A program made the translations under genes and the position numbers. Shown here one piece after another: positions 53,289-64,000 of a stretch of DNA of 64,000 nt. Numbering within the stretch: position 1 is the first letter of the stretch; each line of letters opens with the position of its first letter. Source of the stretch: Octopus sinensis (Eukaryota); contig NC_043003.1 of NCBI RefSeq assembly GCF_006345805.1, forward strand, positions 21,328,001-21,392,000, written 5' to 3'. A model generated the notes under the pieces. It worked only from the letters and a program-made list of their open reading frames with translations. It did not search any database and had not been told where the DNA came from.

Positions 53289-53899
53289 CATATTCGCACA
53301 TGACCTACCCACCTTCCTCTCTCCCTTTTCATTACCACCACCACCACCATCACCCACCTCCGTCCCACACAGCAATTTCTAATTGTGTCTCAAAATGAAT
53401 TCATGGTTGGACGTATTGATTTGATAATTAGCTTGCCAGTGTTTGCCCTGCTTCTCATCCCTGGCCCTCCTCACCTCTTCCGTTTGAAAAGAAGGGGATG
53501 GAAATTATGGTGGGTGCATAAAGGTGTCCAGAGCAGAAGGGAGGTGGGGCAGTGACGGCTAGTAAAACCCTACCTTGCCTTCAGACCATCGATCATCGAC
53601 ATCCCCTTTCCTCCCCTGATACCTTCACTTTGCCATGGTGTCTCTTTTGGTGTGTGAGATTGGAAAGGTGGCATGGATCGGGGTGGTGCAACTTTTCTTT
53701 TCAAAATAGTAAACTGCAAAGAAAGTGTTATGAAGAAATGCATACATAACATCCTGTATGTGTGTTTGTGAGTGCATCTGTGCATGTGTGTGTGTGTGTA
53801 TGTAGGCATCACATTCCCGTTTGCATTGAGTAAATGGCTAATTTTCTTTTCGTGCGTTTTTTGCTTGTTTATTTATTTTGCTTCATGCATGTACGTAAA

Positions 53900-53904
53900 T
53901 ATAC

Positions 53905-53942
<38 letters not shown>

Positions 53943-54073
53943 TATAGATGTATATATATATAATTATGTTATATTATATATATATATGTATATATATAAT
54001 ATATATATATATACTTGTATTATATATACATATATATATATATTGATATATATTACATATATATATGTTATGT

Positions 54074-54107
<34 letters not shown>

Positions 54108-54148
54108 GTATATATATATATATAATACATATATTATATATATATTAC

Positions 54149-54179
<31 letters not shown>

Positions 54180-54308
54180 TATATATATAATATCATATAT
54201 ATATATATATAATAACATATTATCTATATATTATATATATATATATATCTAAACAGATATATACATACATAATATATATATATATACTATATATATATAT
54301 ATATTATC

Positions 54309-54397
<89 letters not shown>

Positions 54398-54530
54398 TAT
54401 ACATAATATATATATATATATACATATAATATATATATATACTTTATATATATCTATCTATACATTATATATACATTATATATATATATATACATCTATA
54501 TATATATAATATACATATATATATATATCT

Positions 54531-54576
<46 letters not shown>

Positions 54577-54582
54577 CTATAC

Positions 54583-54613
<31 letters not shown>

Positions 54614-54620
54614 CATATAT

Positions 54621-54656
<36 letters not shown>

Positions 54657-54666
54657 TATATACATA

Positions 54667-54697
<31 letters not shown>

Positions 54698-54788
54698 TAT
54701 AGATATACATATATTATATATATACATATATATATTATACATATATATATACATATATATATTATATATATCTATATACATATATATA

Positions 54789-54835
<47 letters not shown>

Positions 54836-54860
54836 CATTATATATAATATATATATATGT
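53900..54860. repeat. about 1-kb degenerate (TA)n tract
   Basis: Almost exclusively A/T alternation with sporadic C/G. Confidence 0.95.
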
Positions 54861-55389
54861 ACATTCACACATACATATGTATGAATATGTATAACACACT
54901 CACAGGTTTCTGCATATGGGCCTATGTACATAGGTACATTTACATACATACATCATAAGTATCTTCATGCACAGATTCCTGCATGCATACATACATTCAG
55001 ACTTTTATAATATACTTATATTTTTAGCCCTCTATATTTTTTTATAGATGCATGGATATATATATATAAGTATTATAAGTATTTATGGAAATCTTAGACA
55101 TACATTCTATATATATGTGTGTTCTATATACATATATATATATATCATATATATATGTACACATACACACATATCTGTGTGTATGTGTGTTATCTTGTTA
55201 TCTGGTGTATGTATTTGCGTATTAGAAACACAAGCATTCTCAAGTGCTACGCAGAATATTCCTAAATGTAATAATATAAATATTCTACTTTATTTTGTTT
55301 CATTCCATTTCCTTAGAAAATTTGAAGACTTTCTGTGCCTGTACATGAATAAACTAAGGAACAATTCTTTCATTTCTTCTGACTAACCA

Positions 55390-55443
<54 letters not shown>

Positions 55444-55592
55444 CATCATCATCATCCTCATCATTATTATAATTATTATTTTTTTTTATTATTACCAATA
55501 TACTGTTCCATACACTACCAAAAACGTTTTATTCCTATGCACACACACACACATATATATTTATATTTGTATACATACAATATATATGCATA

Positions 55593-56650
55593 TAGGGGTG
55601 GGGGTGTTAAAAAGTTCCTGACTCTAGTAAAAGAAAATACAGGAGGGTCAGTTAATTATGATTCTATTCAACATATTCTCCTCTCAGTTTCTCACTTACT
55701 GCTGCAATTCTTCAGTTTTCCTAAGCCCTGTTGAAATCACCATCAAATCAGAATGAAATTTTTGTGTCCTTAAGATGTTTCTTCATTTGTAGAAAGAGGT
55801 GTGACAGTCAAGGAGAGCCAAGTCAGAAGAGTAAGGTGGGTGATTTATCAGTTCGAAGTCAAAGCCACATAGTTTCCTATTTCTTTACTGCCCAGAAGGG
55901 GCTAAACATAGAAAGGACAAACAAGGACAGACAAAGGGATTAAGTCGATTACATCAACCCCAGTGCATAACTGGTACTTAATTTATCGACCCCCAAAAGG
56001 ATGAACGGCAAAGTCGACCTCGGCAGAATTTGAACATAACAGCTGACGAAATACCTATTTCTTTACTGCCTACAAGGGGCTACACATATAAAGGACAAAC
56101 AAATGGATTAAGTCGATTATATCGACCCCAGTGCATAACTGGTACTTAATTTATCGACCCCGAAAGGATGAAGGGCAAAGTCGACCTCGGCAGAATTTGA
56201 CAAAATACCTATTTCTTTACTACCCACAAGGGGCTAAACACAGAGAGGATAAACAAGGACAGACAAATGGATCAAGTCGATTACATCGACCCCAGTGCAT
56301 AACTGCTACTTAATTTATCGACCCCCGAAAGGATGAAAGGCAAGTTCGACCTCAGCAGAATTTGAACTCAGAACGTAACAGCTGACGAAATATCGCTAAG
56401 CATTTCGCCCGGCGTGCTACCGATTCTGCCACATAGTTTCCATAGAGTTTCATGTGCTGTGTGTGCTGTTGCATTGTCCTGCAAAAAAAGGACACCATCG
56501 CTCAACTTTCCATGATGTTTCTGCTCCAAAGCTTCATGCACTTCATCCAACAGAGACATGTAATATTCTGCATTGATATTGCAGGTATGTTATGAGGAGT
56601 ACTTCGTCTTTATCCCAGAACACTGAAGTTTGAATTTTTCCAGCTGTATA
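55593..56650 (-). pseudogene. mariner (DD34D-type) transposase relic split by a SINE trimer
   Basis: Minus strand: FWD-like remnant (about 56612-56646), LLDEVHEALEQKHHGKLSDGVLFLQDNATAH, HPPYSSDLA (55812-55842); TIR shared with the 6853 MITE near 55593. Confidence 0.85.
55878..56427 (-). mobile_element. head-to-tail trimer of SINE family B
   Basis: Three TATTTCTTTACT starts (55878, 56056, 56210), a single head, and a 14-bp TSD GCCACATAGTTTCC (55864-55877, 56428-56441). Confidence 0.85.
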
Positions 56651-56769
56651 GGTGGAAATTTTTTTCATGAAAGACTGAAAACAAACGATTTCACTTCATG
56701 GTTACACTCACTTTGAACCAACATGCGATGTGAAGACTAAGAACAAACACACACATTCACACACTCTTT

Positions 56770-56886
56770 GTACTCTTTTACTCTTTTACTTGCTAAGTTA
56801 CGGGGACATAAACACACCAGCATCAGTTGTCAAGCGATGTTGGGGGGACAAACACAGACACACAAACATGTACACACACATTCATA

Positions 56887-56938
<52 letters not shown>

Positions 56939-57108
56939 ATATATACATTTACATATATACAACAGGCTTCTTTCAGTTTCCGTCTTCCAAATCCACTCAC
57001 AAGGCTTTGGTTGGCCCGAGGCTATAGTTGGAGGTGTCATGCAGTAGGACTGAACCCGGAACCATGTGGTTGGTAAGCAAGCTACTTACCACACAGCCAC
57101 TCCTACAC
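56770..57108 (-). mobile_element. SINE family A
   Basis: Consensus match with an internal deletion near the tail. Confidence 0.85.
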
Positions 57109-57585
57109 CTATAAAAACCTTGAATGTTTTTTATACACTCTATTAACCTTTTGATATCAATCCACCTGAGACCACTCCTGATTCTACAAATATGATACAA
57201 ATGCCTTGTTTTAACTCGTTTGTTACCATCTTTCAGTGTAATACACTAACTTTATTTTAATTAGTTTTGAAGATAACGAAAAATTTGATAAAATAACTTT
57301 ATCAGTGGTGTTTGGAACATAACATGAAATTTTGATGGAATGTTTTTATTTAGATACAGGAAGCTTGTATCATAGAACCAGGAGCAGTTTGAGGAAGATT
57401 GGTATCAAAAAATGGTCAGAGTGATTTGAATTAAAACCTAACAGGAAAATTTCAAGTTATTTTATATTCCAAACATAAATTATTTTATTAAATTCTTCAT
57501 TATTTCTCAAATTATTTGAAACAAAGAAAGTGTATTTCAACAAAAATGTGGTAACAAAAGGGTTAATTATGATTCTGCCCAAATA

Positions 57586-57792
57586 TAGGCATTGGAGTGG
57601 CTGTGTAGTAAGTAGCTTGCTTATGAACCACATGGTTCCAGGTTCAATCCCACTGTGTGGCACCTTGGGCAAGTGTTTTCTACTATAGCCTCAGGCCGAC
57701 CAAAGCCTTGTGAGTGGATTTGGTAGACGGAAACTGAAAGAAGTCCATCGTATATATGTATATATACGTATATATATGTATATATACGTATA

Positions 57793-57853
<61 letters not shown>

Positions 57854-58083
57854 GTATGTGTGTTTATATGTTTGTGTGTCTGTGTTTGTCCCCCCAACAT
57901 CACTTGACAACCGATGCTGGTGTGTTTACGTCCCTGTAACTTAGCAGTTCAGCAAAAGAGACCAATAGAATAAGTACGAGGCTTACAAAGAATAAGTCCT
58001 GGGGTCAATTTGCTCAACTAAAGGTGGTGCTCCAGCATGGCCACAATCATATGACTGAAACAAGTAAAAAAAGAAAAGAGTAA
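57586..58083 (+). mobile_element. SINE family A with expanded internal (TA)n
   Basis: Consensus match from head to tail. Confidence 0.9.
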
Positions 58084-58113
58084 AATATAACTACATAATC
58101 TATCCTGCGGGGT

Positions 58114-58299
58114 TCTAGGTAAATTCCACCACGGAAAATTCCACCATAGGTAAATTCCACCACGGTATATTCCACCATGGTAAATTCCACCTGCTAATAA
58201 TCACCATGGTGATTATTAGCAGGTGGAATTTACCATGGTGGAATATACCGTGGTGGAATTTACCTATGGTGGAATTTTCCGTGGTGGAATTTACCTAGA
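58114..58299. repeat. perfect 186-bp palindrome (93-bp arms, no spacer) of foldback-type subrepeats
   Basis: Checked base by base; centre CACCA|TGGTG at 58206/58207; arms built of about 15-bp GGTAAATTCCACCAC units. Confidence 0.95.
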
Positions 58300-58461
58300 C
58301 CATGGGTTAATACCATGGTCTCTAGACCATGGGTTAATACCATGGTTAATACCATGGTCTCTAGACCATGGGTTAATACCATGGTCTCTAGACCATGGGT
58401 TAATACCATGGTCTCTAGACCATGGGTTAATACCATGGTCTCTAGACCATGGGTTAATACC
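58295..58461. repeat. 27-bp tandem array (TCTAGACCATGGGTTAATACCATGGTC), about 6 units
   Basis: Direct reading; one unit carries an internal partial duplication. Confidence 0.95.
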
Positions 58462-58742
58462 TATTTTATTTAATTTGTCTATTTCTCAATTCTTAAGAAG
58501 AAAGAGAGTCTGAAGGTGAGATAGAAAATAAAATGGGATCACTTTAATGTACTCCCATTGAGCAAGAATCTATGAAAAACACTCATCATAAAATTTCAAA
58601 AATAATGTAATTTGGGATAAAGAAAGAAAAGATTAAATTTTAGCACACATTTTATTATAACAATAGGATAAAAAATAATTGCAAGTGCATTGTGAAGTAG
58701 AGTTAGGATAAGAAAGTTTAATTTATTTTTTTAAAATATTTC

Positions 58743-58964
58743 TTAAGACAAATTGTGTGCAATACTAGGCTTTTTCAGTCGTGCATCAATAATTTGATAG
58801 GTCTTTTTTTTTGTTTTTGAGTCTCCACATCAAACATGTGCAATTTTTGTCTGGTTTAATCCTTCCTCAGATTTAAGGGCAATGCATAGTTTCCACAAAT
58901 TTGGATGTTTGGATGTTAGTGATGAGTGCAAAGCATTGTGGAACCCTTCTAGATAATGATTTGA
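58743..58964 (-). pseudogene. Mutator (MULE)-like transposase C-terminal relic
   Basis: Translates SNHYLEGFHNALHSSLTSKHPNLWKLCIALKSEEGLNQTKIAHV*CGDSKTKKKTYQIIDARLKKPSIAHNLS*, matching the NN..EGWH...HPNIWK....LK.EE and AIAHNL motifs of MULE transposases. Confidence 0.7.
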
Positions 58965-59239
58965 TAATGATAATAATAATAATAATAATGATAATTTCAC
59001 CTATGAAATTTCACCTTATCCAAAAAGCCTTTACTCATTGTGATGTTCCTGTTGTCTTTGTTTAGCCCCGGGACAGCCCTGCTTGATCTGATCTATGGTC
59101 AAAAGTATTCTAGATGTAACAATTGCATCTTTATTTTTATTAGCCGTAGTGTATCTAGGACTACATTATCCATATATGAGTGAGATTTGGCTGCCATTTC
59201 ATGCTTATTGAGAGAGCCTGAAGGGGCTTTCCCATTGGC

Positions 59240-60120
59240 TTATCTACAATGTTATCACGTGGTGTACTGAGCTATGAAGTGAAACTGTATGGTGGTGCAT
59301 GCTGTGATGTGATGTATTGTACTGTAGCCTGGGTGTTATTGTAAGGACGTAGTATAGAGTGGTCTGATGTGTTCTAGCAACATACTGTGGTGTGGTTGTA
59401 GTGTTGTATAATGTGATGTGGTGAACTGCAATGTGGAGTAGTGTGGTGGCGCATAGTCTGATGTGGTGTGACGTAGCATGGAAAAGGCGGTTGCGTAGTT
59501 CAGATGGAGATTGAATAGGGGCCCTGTAGTGGAATTGATGTAAAGTCATGCCAGTAATAGATGTAATTATAATTGCACTGGAGGCACTGGTGGTGGCAAC
59601 AGCAGTGATGGTGGTGCTGGTGTTGGTGGTGGAAGTGATGGTAGTGGTGCTGGTGGTGTTGGGCAGGAGGGGGTGCTGGTGAAGATCTTTGGTGGTTGTT
59701 GTAGTGCTGGTGGCGGTGGCAATGGTACAGCTAGTCGTGGTGGTGCTTGGGCGAGAGGGGGTACTGGTGAAGATTTTAGGTGGTTGCAGTAGTGGCGGCA
59801 GTGGCAGTGGTAGAGCGAGTGATGGTGGTAGTAGTGCTTGTGATGGTGGCGCTGGTGCTTGTGGTCATGGTTATGGTAGTGACAGTGGTGGGGTGGAGGT
59901 AGTGGCGGTATTGGTGATGGTGGTGGTGGTGGTTGTAGCAGTCATAGTCACAGCATTAGTAATAGTTGCGGTGCTGGTGCTGGCGGTGATACTGGTGCTC
60001 ACTGTTACCACCACCACCACCCATGACCACTACCGCTATCATCAGCATCATCTAACTGCAAGCCTAAATGTGCAGGGTCAGGATGGTACCAGGGAGGTGG
60101 TGGTGGCAGTGGTGGCATCT
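59240..60120. repeat. degenerate GTGAT/GTAGT and (GGT)n low-complexity region
   Basis: Direct reading. Confidence 0.8.
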
Positions 60121-60398
60121 GATGATGATAGTGCTAAAAAAAAGAAAAAAACAAAAGAAGAAAAATTCTTGTGTAGTTGTGTAAGGAGGATGAATTGAGA
60201 TAAGAGGCTAGAAGTTTCGGGCATGGAGAAGCATTTAAGCTGCTGGATAATATATTTCTATCTACAGTGCTAATGATTCTGTCAAGATTGCTCGAATCAG
60301 GTATAAAACATGTACATACTCTTGATAACATTTTTATTACGTTTTTGTTCTAGTTATTGATAAAGATAATAGTAGTGCTTATCGTAATAATAATAATA

Positions 60399-60441
<43 letters not shown>

Positions 60442-61552
60442 GGACAGGTGGGAGTTGGAACATATTTTTCTAGTTTTCCTCAACTTTCTTTGGTGGATTT
60501 TTACTATGTTTTTCTTTTTTGTTTTGTGTTTTATTTTGTTTTTCTTCTTTTTATTTATTTTGTTTTTCATGCTTTATTTTCTCTTAAATTTCTTGACTTT
60601 ATTTGATGGAATTTTTCCAAGAAAAGAAAAAAAAAAGAAGGAAGTATTTAGAGAAGCGAGTGAGGGTGGGGTGGGGGTGGAGGGACACGGAGATGTTCTT
60701 TTGTATTTTGTTCTTTGTCTTTTCTTTTTTGCTTATTTTTAGTACTTTTATTGTTTTCGTTATTAAATATGATGGGGAATATTTTTTCCTTGTATTTCAC
60801 GTTCGCTTTTTTCCCATGTTGTTCTGTGTGTGTGTGTCTGTGCGCGCGTGCATACATGTGTGTATGTATGTGAAAAAGAGGGTGGGGAGAGAAGCAGAGA
60901 GTTTTCTGCATTTTATTACATCTTTCTAAGGTATATTATAATGTCTTGGACTGAAAAAGAGAAATAAACTTATCCTGCTACTTACAGTTATCAGCAGCAC
61001 TAGCAGCAACATCATCATCACCACCACCATCACCACCATCATCACCATCAACACCATCATCAAAATCATTAACATCATCATCATCAGTTTCATCTTTGTC
61101 GTCATCATCACCATCTTCATTATCATCATCTCTGTTGTCCATCAGTCTATTTGGCGTCACTACAATCATCAACAGGCCTCTATCACATCCCTACCACCTA
61201 CCCATACTGTTACTATTATCGCCATCACTGGTGTTGGCACCAACACTACCACCAACGCCACCCAACACCACCCCCTCCACTATATGACCTTTATTATCTT
61301 GTAGTCACTGAAACGGAAGAAAACAAAACCATTTCCATAAATCAGAACAAGAACGCAGAAGTTATTGTTTAAAAGTTTGAAACATTGTTATGAAAGACAA
61401 AGTTGACTTTAGCAGGATTTGAACTCAGAATGTTGAGCTTCAACAAATACCTCAAGGCATTTTGTCCAACACTGTAATGATTCTTTCTGTCCATCCACTA
61501 TCCTTATAAATGTTGATGATTATTTTATTTTATTTTTACCGTATCTTTTCAG

Positions 61553-61695
61553 GATGGAGTTGAAGTCGATCTCCCAGACAAAAATGGCAAGACCCCCTTG
61601 ATGTTGGCTATGGGCCGGAAACATGAAGCTGTGATATCATACTTAAAAAGAGAATCAAAACAGAGAAAAAGCCTATTTCCACGGTTTGATTTTTG
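61553..61695 (+). CDS. Patsas: internal coding exon (143 nt) of an ankyrin-repeat DHHC palmitoyltransferase, Patsas/ZDHHC13-17-like
   Basis: Polypyrimidine tract + TTTTCAG acceptor, TG|GTAAGT donor; phase-0 open frame DGVEVDLPDKNGKTPLMLAMGRKHEAVISYLKRESKQRKSLFPRFDF(W) with the ankyrin G.TPL..A motif. Orthology is from recalled similarity to the Patsas last ankyrin repeat (DKNGKTP.MLA...H), not a search. Confidence 0.75.
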
Positions 61696-62076
61696 GTAAG
61701 TCAGTCAGTGTGTGTGTTTAGTAGTATGCTTTGATGTAATACATTTTATTAGAATTTTTTGACTCAGTCCAGTTTAACATTCCACACACTTATATCCTCA
61801 TTGTCTTGTAACTGTTTCATCTAAACAGGTACAGACTAGATTGTTATAAAAATAAGCTGTGTTCTATCAGGATAATCACATAACCAAAAAGTGATATTTT
61901 CAATGCATTTAATATGCATGTTTTAAGTAGTTACATAAGCTAACCTTTATCCAAAACTATCCTCTTCACTCAATCAACATATATATATACATGTGTGTCA
62001 TCATCATTGTTTAACATCCGCCTTACATGCTGGCATGCATTGGACAGTTTGACAAGAGCAGGCCAAGTAGAAGACT

Positions 62077-62114
<38 letters not shown>

Positions 62115-62845
62115 GAAGTGTAAATAAGAAAAATCTGGCAGTAAAATGTATGGCAGATCCTTTGTCTTGATCTATCTACAATGAACACTTTCCTACAAAT
62201 TTTGCTTGAATTTCTAAGGGTCATTATTGTTATTATACAGTGATACATTTGGACTAGTGTCCTCATCTTCATTGTTATACATACAACATTTCAGCCATTT
62301 TCAGGTTATGAGGTTAAGAAACTTGATTCCCAACCAAGTAGTCTCGGGTTCACTCCCACAGTGCTCCATAAGTAGCATGGAGCCAGTTTCCTGGTTTCTC
62401 TGGGGTATATATTCCTCCCTGGATAGGAAGCTTGTCCATTGCAGAATTACTCATTTTTACCAGCTTAGTTACCTGGTGCAACGTGAAATGAAGTGATTTA
62501 CTCAAGAATACAATGCATTGCCCAGTCCAGGAATTGAAACCACAAACTTACAATCAAGTGTCCATCCCCCTAACTACTGAACCATGCATCTCCATGCACA
62601 CACAGACACACACACACATATATGAGAAGACCACAAAATTAAGGATGCTCAGCTGGAGAGGGTTGCTGGGGATGAGCTTGTATGCAAGGGAACATGGACA
62701 TGACATGATGATGATGATGACAGTGGTACACATTGGATCATGAAATATCAAATGGACATTAACTGAATGAGGAAAAGAGAAACCACAGATTGTGCACCTT
62801 TGATAATAAGTCTGCCACATCAGAGCTAAACAACAACAACAGCAA

Positions 62846-63055
62846 CTCTTTTACTTGTTTCAGTCATTTGGCAGCGGCCATGCTGGAGCACCACCTTTAG
62901 TCGAGCAAATCGACCCCAGGACTTATTCTTTGTAAGCTTAGTACTTATTGTATCGGTTTCTTTTGCCAAACTGCTAAGTTACGGGGATGTAAACACACCA
63001 GCATCAGTTGTCAAGCGATGTGTGTGTGGGGGGCAACACTGACACACAAACATAT

Positions 63056-63103
<48 letters not shown>

Positions 63104-63267
63104 GACAGGCTTCTTTCAGTTTCCGTCTACCAAATCCACTCACAAAGCTTTGGTCGGCCCGAGGCTATAGTAGAAGACACTTGCCCAAGGTGCCATGCAG
63201 TGGGACTGAACCCAGAACCATGTAGATGGTAAGCAAGCTACTTACCACACAGCCACTCCTGTGCCTA
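62846..63267 (-). mobile_element. SINE family A, full length
   Basis: Consensus match. Confidence 0.9.
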
Positions 63268-63499
63268 TGAATTTGTTTATAAACAAAGTCAACTTAAATT
63301 TAAGAAAAGCAATAGGAATTGTGGAAACAACTCTTAAAGTATCCAAGTAAAATAATTAATTATTTATTGGAAAATTATGAACTCTAGCATTGATTTTGTC
63401 ATATGGATGTTCCAATCTTTTGATTGATGAAACTACCTAACTGTCTACTTATTGAACTGTGTTTTAAGTAGTTTGTATTCTGGAGACACTTGTACCAAG

Positions 63500-63702
63500 A
63501 ATGTACTTACATGTCATGTGTGTGTGTGTGTGTAAGGATGATGATGATGATGCATATATATATATATATATGTATACACACTTATATACATATACATTTA
63601 TGTTAATATATATGTGTTTACATATGTATGTGTGGGTGTGTGTGTGCATGTATGCATGTATCATCAGGGGACATTAAAACAATGATGATATATACATATA
63701 TA

Positions 63703-63752
<50 letters not shown>

Positions 63753-63787
63753 CATATATATGTGTTATATATATATATACATATATA

Positions 63788-63839
<52 letters not shown>

Positions 63840-63990
63840 TGCATTACATGTTTTATATATGTATATATATTTGCATGTGTGTGTATGTAATCTTATGCAT
63901 ACATATATACTTACCTACAGAACATGTCAAGTTGCAAATAATTATAAGAGATAAAAACTTAGACACACACACACACATTCACATACATCT
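63500..63990. repeat. (TA)n/(TG)n microsatellite mosaic
   Basis: Direct reading. Confidence 0.9.
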
Positions 63991-64000
63991 GTAAACACTG

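Noticed and set aside
58114-58461. CRISPR-like appearance of regular short repeats
   Set aside because: Eukaryotic context, no unique spacers and no cas genes; it is a palindrome plus tandem array.
58995-59025. AATTTCACCTATGAAATTTCACC as the partner TIR of the 58.1-kb element
   Set aside because: It has the same orientation as the left arm and there is no TSD, so it cannot be assigned as the opposite terminus.
59689-60198. 169-aa V/G-rich ORF resembling a membrane or glycine-rich protein
   Set aside because: Product of (GGT)n low-complexity DNA.
60268-60300. AG..GT-bounded 33-nt possible microexon upstream of the ankyrin exon
   Set aside because: Weak donor (GTATAA); its ends would not join the phase-0 exon as an ankyrin continuation; may lie in a LINE remnant.

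Overview
AT-rich eukaryotic, repeat-saturated DNA. The SINE consensuses and very dense (TA)n/(CA)n/(CT)n/(GAT)n microsatellites point to an octopus (coleoid cephalopod) genome; this is inference from recalled repeat consensuses, not a search. I can support only one host coding exon: 61553-61695 (+), with canonical AG/GT. It encodes the last ankyrin repeat of a probable ankyrin-DHHC palmitoyltransferase (Patsas/ZDHHC13/17-type). The rest is intron or intergenic sequence. It holds several tRNA-derived SINE families (A, B, D, F), RTE and CR1-like LINE relics, RTE 3'-tail copies (family C), mariner, piggyBac-like, hAT and Mutator-like MITEs, Helitron ends and local duplications. Almost all ORFs in the track are microsatellite or repeat artefacts. 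I found no convincing new multi-gene system. The two most unusual structures are: (i) a perfect spacer-less 186-bp palindrome followed by a chain-of-hairpins 27-bp array beside a Mutator transposase relic (58.1-59.0 kb); and (ii) SINE family B joining to itself at one fixed internal site, both as a TSD-flanked nested insertion (17.7 kb) and as a trimer within one TSD (55.9-56.4 kb). Repeat boundaries are read by eye and approximate unless a TSD/TIR is quoted.
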